DNA of 63,069 nucleotides, filler included, from Lenisia limosa (Eukaryota; Protista; Breviatea), in NCBI GenBank assembly GCA_001655205.1. It is 18 parts of 18 records of this genome, joined end to end, with 100 filler letters (N's around TTAATTAATTAA, not from the genome) between each part and the next. Parts side by side here need not be neighbours in the genome. Positions count along the whole stretch, not along the records: positions 32,219 to 40,546 come from LPNZ01009248.1; positions 40,647 to 42,140 come from LPNZ01000926.1; positions 42,241 to 46,868 come from LPNZ01002401.1; 15 more parts are not named here. One strand, written 5' to 3'. Positions within the stretch are counted from its first letter, which is position 1; each line of letters begins with the position of its first letter. The position numbers were made by a program, and so were the translations under genes. Positions 35,301 to 45,500 of the stretch are shown in pieces. The notes under the pieces are model-generated. The model was given only the letters and a program-made list of their open reading frames with translations. It was not told the DNA's origin and did not search any database.

Positions 35301-38300
35301 NNNNNNNNNNNNNNNNNNNNNNNNNNNNNNNNNNNNNNNNNNNNNNNNNNNNNNNNNNNNNNNNNNNNNNNNNNNNNNNNNNNNNAGAGGGCATTGTAAT
35401 TTGTTAATGGTATCCTTATGTATTTATTTGTTTCCCTAGATTTCTAATTTATATTGTTCAAAAATAGAATGCAATGTTGTTCTTCAGAAACACGCAAAGC
35501 AGCAAAGGATCTTTTTTTTTTTGTAAATGTAAATACATAATTATTCATTTTTGTTAAAATGAAGGGAGGGGGGGGGGTGGTTGGCGAACCATCAAAAATT
35601 NNNNNNNNNNNNNNNNNNNNNNNNNNNNNNNNNNNNNNNNNNNNNNNNNNNNNNNNNNNNNNNNNNNNNNNNNTGATGGTCAGTCTCTTTGAGAGTACTA
35701 GTAAGATGGGATTTGGACTCATCAATACTTAACACCTTTTTGGGCAAAATCTCACATACCAGGTTACAATGCCGGAGAAATTGCGGCGCTTCACCGACGC
35801 CCACAGACGAACAATTAACAAAATCGCCTCCGATAGTCCCGAGGTGAGTGGGTTTATCGATAGTCCCGAGGTGAGTGGGTTTGATAGTCCCGAGGTGAGG
35901 GTTTGTTGAATCTCTCCGCCTCCTTCTCTTCCTCAGACAGACCCTTTATCATGGGCTTTTTTTGTTTTACTGTTTTCAACTCCCTTATGTTCCTCAAATG
36001 TTTGGCCAACAGAGTTGATTCTGGGGTTTAGTTGTTTCACAATTATTGCATTTCACCCCCCTTCCCCCAGTTTCAGATTATTCGGTTCGTGATTAGTACC
36101 TTTACGCCAATATTCATCGAAATTTACTTCGTTTTACGCCCTCTCCCCTAGCTCCTTACAGGCGCACTCAAGTCGGTCCTCCTCAACAGGCAGTGTTTGG
36201 ACTTCAACAACAAACGAGCGTATTTCCAAAAGATGCTGCATAAGGCTAACAACAGACGCAACATCCCCTTGAGGCTCTCAGTCAGACGCAAACACGTCGG
36301 CGAGTGGTGCATTTAGAGGCCTTCTTCCCCCTCCAGCTCATACGTTTCGACTGTTTAACCAACAAAGGTTGATTTGAGATCTTTATATTTCCGAAATGTC
36401 CATCACCCCCCCCCCTCAGATTTTCCAAGACTCCTTCCATCAGATCAGGCATCGTCGGAAAGAGGCCCTTCAGGTCCGTTGTCTTTTTTTTTTATTATTA
36501 TTATTTTTTTTGACTATGTAGTTTTTTTGGATTTTTTTATTTATCTTGGGGATTTCCTTATTTGACCGCTTTCAGGGCCGAGTGCGGGTGCGTTTCGAGG
36601 GCGAAGAAGGCGTGGACGCAGGAGGCGTGGCGCGCGAGTGGTTCTTGGAGGTGGGTGGAACGGGGGGTGTATTGCGCCAATATTACACCATACCACGCCA
36701 ATAATACGCCATACCACGCTTTTTACGCCATCCACGCTTTTACGCCATATCACGCTTTTACGCCAAAGGTTGCGCGTGAGGCGTTTAACCCCAACTACGC
36801 CCTTTTCCGGCCATCGGCTCTCAGTAACGCCACGTACATGCCGGACTCTCGGTTGGGGGGGAGGGGTATATGATGGTTTTTGGACCTAGCGCTAGGTTGA
36901 TAAATTATAACACTTCGGTCCAAAAGACATTTTTATTATCGATAGTTTTCGTGGATTTGTTGAGAAATTCAGTCTTTTTTTGGAACCGAACTGAAGCCCT
37001 ATATACATGTCCATATTGACCCTCTTTACCCCGCAGTTCGGGGGTGGTTAACGGAGACGTGCATCTGGACTACTTCAATTTCACCGGCAGGATTATCGGT
37101 ATGATTGGGGGAATGTTACATGACGGTTCGCTCATGAAGTTACAATATTATCTCCTTCATATTTGGTTTAGCAAGATCGAAACACAAATTGACTAATCAC
37201 ATGTGAAAAGCCAGATCACTTACCATATTAGGAAAGGCTCTTCTCGAGGGCCATCTTCTTGACGTGTACTTCACGCGCGCGTTCTACAAGCACATGCTCT
37301 CGCGTGACGTAACATGGCGTGATATGGAGGCTGAGGACCCTGAGTTCTTCAGGTGCGGCCCGGGGGCGGGGGAGTATTCTGGTGGATGATATATTATGGG
37401 GATATATGTATGTATTAGTATATGTTACCTAAATTGGGGTTGACATTCTACCACAGTGTCCAATTCCCTCCTAACCCCTTAGGTCACTAGACTGGATGCT
37501 TGATAATCCGATTGAAGAGGTCTTTGAGGGCCTGACGTTTACCGTCGAAAAGTCTGAGTTCGGCGTCACCGTCGTGGGGGGGGGGGGGNNNNNNNNNNNN
37601 NNNNNNNNNNNNNNNNNNNNNNNNNNNNNNNNNNNNNNNNNNNNNNNNNNNNNNNNNNNNNNNNNNNNNNNNNNNNNNNNNNNNNNNNNNNNNNNNNNNN
37701 NNNNNNNNNNNNNNNNNNNNNNNNNNNNNNNNNNNNNNGGGCTTCACTTTGGTTCGAAAAAAAACGGTAAAACATCGGTAGTTATCGATGATTTATCGAG
37801 AAATTACGTCTTTTTTTGAACCGAATTGAAGCCTTATATAAAGGAGGAGGAGGGATGCTTTATTATATGGATCGTTTGGGGGGGAAAGAAGAGCAGACGG
37901 ATGAACTGGCACCTATCACCCTAACACCCCTCTCCCCCCTCCCAGACGGATGAACTAGTACCTGGGGGCTCGAAGCGCCTGGTCACGGACGAGAACAAAC
38001 AGGAGTACATTCGACTGGTGTGCCACCATAAGCTCACCAAGTCTATCAAGGTTGGGGGGCTTGGTGTTTGTTTCAGCGTATCGATTCGTTTGAGTGTTTA
38101 GCGGATGTATGGGTTATTATGTCCATTCCAGTCTCCAATTTACGGATACCGCCACCAATTCATTTCAATTGTTTCCAATTCACACCCCCCCCCCCCNNNN
38201 NNNNNNNNNNNNNNNNNNNNNNNNNNNNNNNNNNNNNNNNNNNNNNNNNNNNNNNNNNNNNNNNNNNNNNNNNNNNNNNNNNNNNNNNNNNNNNNNNNNN

Positions 38301-40149
38301 NNNNNNNNNNNNNNNNNNNNNNNNNNNGTGATGATATGATATTTTACATATACTATGATAAATATGCTATGATATGATAAACTATGTGGATGTTCACTCT
38401 CTGGCACCTCCTGAATCTGTGGCATAAGACAGATTTAGGAGGCCTTACCTGGGTTATTATGCAGGGGCTATTGTCCTTATTCATGAATCTAATACTTATA
38501 GGTATGGGAGGCACGCAGAAAGCTGTGTGCACAGAGTTGTAAGGCAAATGATTGGGTGCATTAATATTATACTCTAATCCAATATCTCTTATAAGCGTGA
38601 TAGTGTGGACGGCTTCGGCCGATACATCCTTATTTTTTATTTCTCATTGCTATATATATTCATCATTGTGCCAACAGAACGTGTTAGCCATTTCTCACCC
38701 ATTCATATATTTTAACATTTGATTTATTATGCGGATGCCAACAGAAAGTGGTTCCTCACCCCCCCCCCCCCCCCCCCNNNNNNNNNNNNNNNNNNNNNNN
38801 NNNNNNNNNNNNNNNNNNNNNNNNNNNNNNNNNNNNNNNNNNNNNNNNNNNNNNNNNNNNNNNNCGCTGACCTCGTGTCCATCTTTGAGGAGCAAGAGCT
38901 TGAACTGCTACTCTCCGGTATGTTCAGTTCAGTCCAGTCCAGTTTAGTTCATTAGGCCCTCTTGTGCTGTTTGAACATCTCCTTTCCTTTTGTTGTTGTG
39001 CCTCTTCTTTTCCCTCACCCCCCACCCCAGGACTGCCGACAATTGATGCCGGAGACCTGAGAAGAAATACGGATTATAACGGGTTCTCCCCTGGGTATGG
39101 GGGGTTTGGATTCTTTGGAGAACAAGTATTAGATATTATCTCCGCTTCGTTTTTATCTCCTCTCGTCACACCCATCATTCCCAGCCCATTCTGTTGTGCA
39201 AGACAGTAGTTTCTAACAATCGAGGGATTCAAATGAAAACTTTTGAACCAGTGTATGTATTTCAATTGTTTTGGGCTCCGTGTAATTCATTTTTTGAAGA
39301 AATTAATTGCCAAAGTTTGAATTATGGAGTTCCCATGACAATAGGTCTCACTTCCAAACTTTCAATTAATTTTTGAATTAATTGCACGGAGCACTAGTTT
39401 TTGGACGAGGGGGAGGGTGGGGGTCTTGGAAATTTTGCGATACCACAATGTTTCATTTCTTATTTCTTGATACAATTAACCTGTTGATTTCGGGCTTTAA
39501 AATAATGTCTTATGTACCCCCAGATCGCCCGTGATCCAGTGGTTCTGGGACGTGGTGGAGCAAATGGGGCCTGAGGACCGAGCACACCTCATGCAGTTTG
39601 TGACCGGAACGTCTAGAATCAGCATGGACGGCTTCTCCAGTCTCCAGGGCATCTCCGGCGTCCATAGGTCGGCCTCGGGTCTTTTTGGAATTACATCATA
39701 GTACATGTCAATATCAATACAAAATGGAGTAATATGTAAATAAGAAAGGCCACTAATCTGCTCTCCAAAATAACTTTCCAATTTGAAACCCTGCTTTAAG
39801 AAATGTTCCATTTCACCCCCCCCCCCCNNNNNNNNNNNNNNNNNNNNNNNNNNNNNNNNNNNNNNNNNNNNNNNNNNNNNNNNNNNNNNNNNNNNNNNNN
39901 NNNNNNNNNNNNNNNNNNNNNNNGTGGGAATGACACTCGTTTGCCCTCTGCACACACCTGGTTGGGGGTTAGAATCGAGCATATTTCACAAGCTTTCATG
40001 GAGAACCCCTAATATCTTATAAAAATGGTAGTTTTAACGTCTTTAGTTTCAACCAGCTGGACCTTCCGGAATATTCCTCCAAGAAAGTTCTGGAAAGCCA
40101 GCTCCTGACGGCGATTCGAGAAGGACGAGCCGGGTTCGGGTTTATGTAA
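32307..40149 (+). CDS. HUWE1: HECT E3 ubiquitin ligase, HUWE1/Tom1/UPL1-like, C-terminal part; 5' partial, about 20 exons
   Basis: Exons include [143 protein letters not shown] and LPSAHTC|FNQLDLPEYSSKKVLESQLLTAIREGRAGFGFM*. The catalytic Cys is intact. Confidence 0.95.
33073..33113. mobile_element. MITE family A, collapsed copy
   Basis: TCACTTCGGTTCGAAAAATACCGGGGAAATATTGTGAAGCCC|TA. Confidence 0.7.
35958..36151 (+). repeat. Intronic repeat family B plus module B2, forming an intron 3' end
   Basis: TGTTTTCAAC..TCCTCAAATGTTTGGCCAACAGAGTTGATT..TTTCACCCCC, then TTCAGATTATTCGGTTCGTGATTAGTACCTTTACGCC..TTTTACGCCCTCTCCCCTAG|exon. Other B copies lie at 7241, 8621, 24971, 28060-28185 (minus), 29774, 32219, 33925, 34508, 43196, 45262, 45745 and 46125. 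B2 also lies at 7151 and 45680. Confidence 0.85.
36670..36770. repeat. Intronic minisatellite ending at the acceptor
   Basis: Variants of (TTTT)ACGCCATACCACGC, about 5 copies, finishing TTTTACGCCAAAG|exon. Confidence 0.85.
36909..36999. mobile_element. MITE family A in a HECT intron
   Basis: CACTTCGGTCCAAAAGAC...GGAACCGAACTGAAGCCC|TA. Confidence 0.8.
37739..37833. mobile_element. MITE family A in a HECT intron
   Basis: GGGCTTCACTTTGGTTCG...GAACCGAATTGAAGCC. Confidence 0.8.
38500..38625 (-). repeat. Dispersed repeat family C, about 130 bp
   Basis: The reverse complement reads TATC(T)GGCCGAAGCCGTCCAC..ATCACGCTTATAAGAGATATTGGATT..CACCCAATCATTTGCCTTACAACTCTGTGCACACAGCTTTCTGCGTGCCTCCC. Copies or fragments lie at 15140, 16190, 28540, 43838, 45585, 60385 and 61045. 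Confidence 0.85.
39273..39395. mobile_element. MITE-like inverted-repeat element (family D)
   Basis: GGGCTCCGTGTAATTCATT... pairs with ...AATTAATTGCACGGAGCACTA. The same terminus GGGGCTCCGTGCAATTAATT occurs at about 13111. Confidence 0.65.
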
Positions 40150-40783
40150 ATTAGTTTAAAATTTTGCTTTCTTCGTTTTCTAACTGCATCTAATTTCCTC
40201 TGGTTTGATTTGTGATATAGTGTTTCATGTTCATGTGTCTGTGTGTGTGGGNNNNNNNNNNNNNNNNNNNNNNNNNNNNNNNNNNNNNNNNNNNNNNNNN
40301 NNNNNNNNNNNNNNNNNNNNNNNNNNNNNNNNNNNNNNNNNNNNNNNNNNNNNNNNNNNNNNNNNNNNNNNNNNNNNNNNNNNNNNNNNNNNNNNNNNNN
40401 NGATTCATATGATTTTCTTTACAATACTATATGTGTATATTGTATAATATTTCGATATAAATCAGATGAGTCCATAGGTATTAGGAGGACATGGGGTGGG
40501 GGGGTTCATGAGTCCACAAGGTAGCCAAAAAAGCTACTAATATGTTNNNNNNNNNNNNNNNNNNNNNNNNNNNNNNNNNNNNNNNNNNNNTTAATTAATT
40601 AANNNNNNNNNNNNNNNNNNNNNNNNNNNNNNNNNNNNNNNNNNNNATCCAATTTCACCCCCCCCCTTCTCCCTGCCTCACACAATTTACCTCCCACCTT
40701 TTCCCCCTTGAGTCTCTCTTTGTATTTGTGTTGATTCGAATAACGCTTACTTGTGTTATGTACATGTATGGTATGTATACGTG

Positions 40784-40861
40784 CAGTGACCGGGATAGTC
40801 TTGACCGATTTTCCTTGGGAAATCATATGGTAAAATCGGTCAAGACTTGTCTCAGTCCCTG
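40784..40861. mobile_element. MITE family T
   Basis: CAGTGACCGGGATAGTCTTGACCGATT...AATCGGTCAAGACTTGTCTCAGTCCCTG|TA. Confidence 0.85.
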
Positions 40862-40910
40862 TATATGTGTGCAATTAATTTCATACACAGTACAAGACTC
40901 ATACATGTAG

Positions 40911-42089
40911 CCAGCGCCATAATCAAGGTGGAATCAGTATCCAGACAGGCTGTGGATGGCCAAAAGTGTGGCAGTTTGTCCCATGCTGTAACTGCTGCAA
41001 CTTCACAAACGTTTACCGTAAGCCAAGGATCAGGAACATTCTAATTTTTGGAAAAGATATCTTTGTGGGCTTAACGGATTTTCTCAAGGAAATCTGAGTT
41101 TTTTCCGTCATGATTTCAGTAACATATGATATGCTTGTTAATTCCTACCTTGTTTTAATATTGGGACTTATTTTCATATGTTTCCCGAAGCAAACAGTTT
41201 TATTGCAACGATATTATATTCTGTGCCTTTCTTCCCTTCGCTTATTGAAGAATCCCTAGAGCGCACTCCAAAGCAACCGCTTTATTTTGTAGGTCATGTG
41301 CAAGGCAACTTCCAATATTGTCACAACAGGTATCACATCTCAGCTGAGTTTGAGTATGGGGGAATATCACACATTGCATATGCATGTATGTACTTGTGAT
41401 CGAGTAGACTTCTTTGTTTCATTTCCCATGTCTATATTCCATGAAGGCTTCACATTTTACTTTGTCAAAAAGATTGAATTTCTCGTTAAATAATGATATT
41501 ATCCATTCCTTGTTCTTTAATACATTCCTCGTGTCTAATTCAATCAGTGCACTTTGTTCCATTCCTCATGTCTAATTTCATTCAGTGCACTTTGTTCCAT
41601 TCCTTGTGTCTCATACATACAGTATACTCTGTTACTTTTAGTATGTCTAATAAATACAGTATACGTGGCCGCTGGTGTGGCCGACTCAGCTGACTCTGAC
41701 GAGTACTGCGCAAATACAGCCGATTTCTCCTATGATGACCCCACCAACCGTGGGTGACGGTTTCGCTTTGTTGAACTTTAGTGACCAGGATAAGCCTTGA
41801 CCGATTTTCCTTGGTAAATCACAGAGCAAATCGGTCAAGACTTATCCCTGTAAATATGACATCTTAAATCAAAAACGAAGCAATTGTTTTTGTTGGACTT
41901 CATTTTGGGCCTCCACCGAAATTCATTTCATCAGAAAAAAACATATTTTTTGATCTTATGATCCAGTGGACATTTTCACGACGCCGACTCTCTCTATCAG
42001 CGTTCCTGAGCCTTCTATGCTCTTCACCATTCCCTCGGTCACCGCAAAATCACCAACTGGCTGGCTTGTTTTCGCATCGACCATTAATG
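40911..42089 (+). CDS. Exons of an uncharacterised beta-rich, probably extracellular protein; partial
   Basis: AG/GT-bounded exons give SAIIKVESVSRQAVDGQKCGSLSHAVTAATSQTFT, VMCKATSNIVTT, YVAAGVADSADSDEYCANTADFSYDDPTN and DIFTTPTLSISVPEPSMLFTIPSVTAKSPTGWLVFASTIN. No family was recognised. Confidence 0.5.
41780..41851. mobile_element. MITE family T
   Basis: AGTGACCAGGATAAGCCTTGACCGATT...AATCGGTCAAGACTTATCCCTG|TA. Confidence 0.8.
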
Positions 42090-42564
42090 GTATGCTAGTC
42101 CCCCATGAGGCGTCATGTCGTTGCATATAATTATTTGGCTNNNNNNNNNNNNNNNNNNNNNNNNNNNNNNNNNNNNNNNNNNNNTTAATTAATTAANNNN
42201 NNNNNNNNNNNNNNNNNNNNNNNNNNNNNNNNNNNNNNNNTTTTTTTTTTTTTTTGATCATTGTATAGTCGTATAGATGATGTCATATATGATCATTAAG
42301 ATGTCTTTTTGTTTTGACCATTCATTACAAAAGCACCAAACCCCCGGCAACTTGGTATCAGCACACACACACACACACACACTCAACGACACATACATAG
42401 ATATACACACATACACCCGGTTTCTTTCTTATATTTAATGATATTTGATGTTTTGTCGTTTATGTTCTCAAATGGACAAATATAATAATATTCTTATATT
42501 TACCCCCCACTTTCTTTGTTGTTTTGATTATTTTATTCGCGCAATTTACCTCCCCCCCCCCCAG

Positions 42565-45500
42565 CCACATGATCTGGAAGCATTGGGGTCGAGTGGGAGC
42601 CTCGGGTCAACNNNNNNNNNNNNNNNNNNNNNNNNNNNNNNNNNNNNNNNNNNNNNNNNNNNNNNNNNNNNNNNNNNNNNNNNNNNNNNNNNNNNNNNNN
42701 NNNNNNNNNNNNNNNNNNNNNNNNNNNNNNNNNNNNNTTCCTGTTTTTTTTTTGTTTCTTTTTCCTACATTTCATATCATATTATATGTGATACCAGAAT
42801 GTAAATGTATCAATTAATTAAAGACATATAAAACACATTCTGTGCAGAAAAAAATAGGAAAGGATCAAGGAAGCAACTAGTGCAAGAAATTATTCAGCTT
42901 CTGGTGGAAGCAACATCCTCCAATTCATCGCCTTTTCTTTCTTTTTCTTTTGAAAGAACAATAAATAAATAAAACACACTCAGTACAAAGGAAAAGGAAT
43001 AGAAAAAAACAAATCTACGGCGACTTGTGGCGGCAAGGGACACCAAGGGGAGTCTTGGCATGGCGGATCTGGGCACTTTTGCAAAATTTTCAGCGCTTTT
43101 TCTTTGTTTCTTAGCCATTTAGCTGGGAGGCCAAGACTAAGAACAAGTGGGCCAATCGCGACAACTTCACCCCTTATACCGGTTTGCTGGAGTGGTGGGA
43201 TACGGTACTGCAGAAGCAACTGGACTGGGCTTTGTTTTTTTTTTTTGTTTTGTTTTTTTCAACTCTTGTGTTTTTTTCAAATGCTTTAGCCAACAGATTT
43301 CTTTTTCTTATTTTTTCATTATTATTTTTTCATTTATTTATTTACATGATTTCGCAACTCAACATATAATTATCACCCTTTAGGCAAGTACACCCCTCTT
43401 GACATTGACCTCACTGTATGCTGGTATTTGAGAATTTTTCCTATTCTTAAAGCGGGATGTGCATCGAACTTTTTGGTTTTGATGCTTACATAAGTGTTTA
43501 GAATTGAACAGTTTTTTTAAAAAAATATATTTTATTTTTTGTGCATGATGATGAATAACAATATCACCAAACTATGCATATCGTAACCTTCATTTATTAT
43601 GGTCAAGACATATTATTGTCAATAAATGGCACGTTTCATATGATAAGGATATGATATAATATGATGTGATATTAATATCACAAATTATTTGACACATATG
43701 GTATTTAATTAGTACAGATATTTATTTTTTTTTCATTGAATAGCCTGACCTTTGTAGTGTGGTGACGGCTCTGATGATGAGGAAGACGAAGAAGATGACA
43801 GCAACGGGGGCGATGCTGTGGTGGGGAGTGGGGTATTTAGTAAATCCAATATCTCTTATAAGCATGATTGTGTGGATGGCTTCGGCCAGATACAGGCGAT
43901 GTGTTTGTTGGGGGGTGGGTGGGTCATTATATATGGCTTCATTTCAGTTCATGAAATGGCTAACGTTTTAATACGGTTCGAAAGCCACATTATCATTAAA
44001 ACCATCTTTTTTGTACTTCATTTGCACCACCACCGCATTGCTAATATCCATTATTATAATTAGCGCTGAATATTTAATGAAACCTTTCAGCGAAACTAGA
44101 ACTTGTGCTTTCCCCTCAAAAAGGTTTTATTGAGAATTTATGAATGAATCGTCTTATTTCGTCACACCTTAGGTTGAGGAATGCACCTTGGATAAGCCTG
44201 TTGCCAACCTGGTGGACATGATCTGTAACAAGGGCCTGGTGCAGGTGGGTGGGGCAATAAGCCGTATTTTGTTTGAGGGGTATTTTGAAGAGAGAGAAAA
44301 GAAAAATGGGGTGGCTTTATTTTGTTGAGGAGGGAGTTATAAAGAAAGGGGTGAAAGAGCATAAGATAAGGGGTGTCATCTGTAATAATACTGTTGAAAT
44401 GGGAGGTGTTGAGACAGCTTTCCTATTTGAAACCTTTAATAACTTCCCCATCACAACATAAAAATGCCTACAAAATCGTATCAATACTCTTACTTCTTTT
44501 ATATTGCTCATAGAGCAAAGCCGTCTTCTGTATCACCATTTTGCAATAACTCATCCATATTTCATCCCCCAGGATGCCATTCGTGAGGCCAACTACGATA
44601 TCAAGAAAATGCCTCTTGGCCGCCTGACCAAAGAACATCTCAACATGTGGGTAATATATGATAGATGATATTAGCAATCATAGAAAACAAACATTGGTGC
44701 CCCCCCTCCTACAAGTCAAGCATTTTTCTGCCTTTATTACCGCATTTAGGGGATACCATGCCCTCAACGACATCTATGAGATCGTGAAACAGCCGAAGGT
44801 CAACAGAAACCGTGGGCAGGGGTTTGGTTTATATGGAATGTTAAGATCATTTATTTTTTGTAAGTTTTTGGAAAACAATTTTCAATATTCAGAAATCTGA
44901 TATAACATTCCTGGATTATCCCACCCTCTAAAAGTAAATAACAAGTGTTTTTTTTTTTTTTTGATAGCAATTGTCAATTCAGGACTCTGCTTTGATATGA
45001 GTTTTTCTATCCCACTTCATGGTGTTCTAAAACCCCGAAAATAAAATTCCACTTCCATTTTTTTNNNNNNNNNNNNNNNNNNNNNNNNNNNNNNNNNNNN
45101 NNNNNNNNNNNNNNNNNNNNNTCGCCGCTTGCAACGAATTCTACACTCTCATTCCGCATGTGTAAGGGGGATTAGTGGTAAATCCTGATAAAGTATTTAG
45201 CAAAATGCGACATGCGACATGCGTATGATATCCTGTTTTGTATCATTCCCCTGGGATTTATGGGATGCGGTGCTGCAAAAGCGACTGGCCTTGGCTGTTT
45301 GTTTTGTTGTTATCAACCCTCATGTGTAGGCAGCCAACAGAGTCGATTTGGGCTTTTTTGTTTCATTAATTTTCCAATTTTACTCCCCTAACAGTTTTTT
45401 TACTGCGTTTTTCCCCTCTTCCCCCCCTCCATCACAGTTAATTATGGGGTGACCTTTTCCTTTACCCTCTTCAGCTTTGGAATGCGCACCCCTCCTCTCA

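Noticed and set aside
32681-35420. U12-type donor look-alikes GTATCCTTT (about 32681) and GTATCCTT (about 35410)
   Set aside because: The in-phase exon model ends earlier (GAA|GTACGA at about 32650), and both motifs appear intronic. No convincing TCCTTAAC branch site lies at the right distance.
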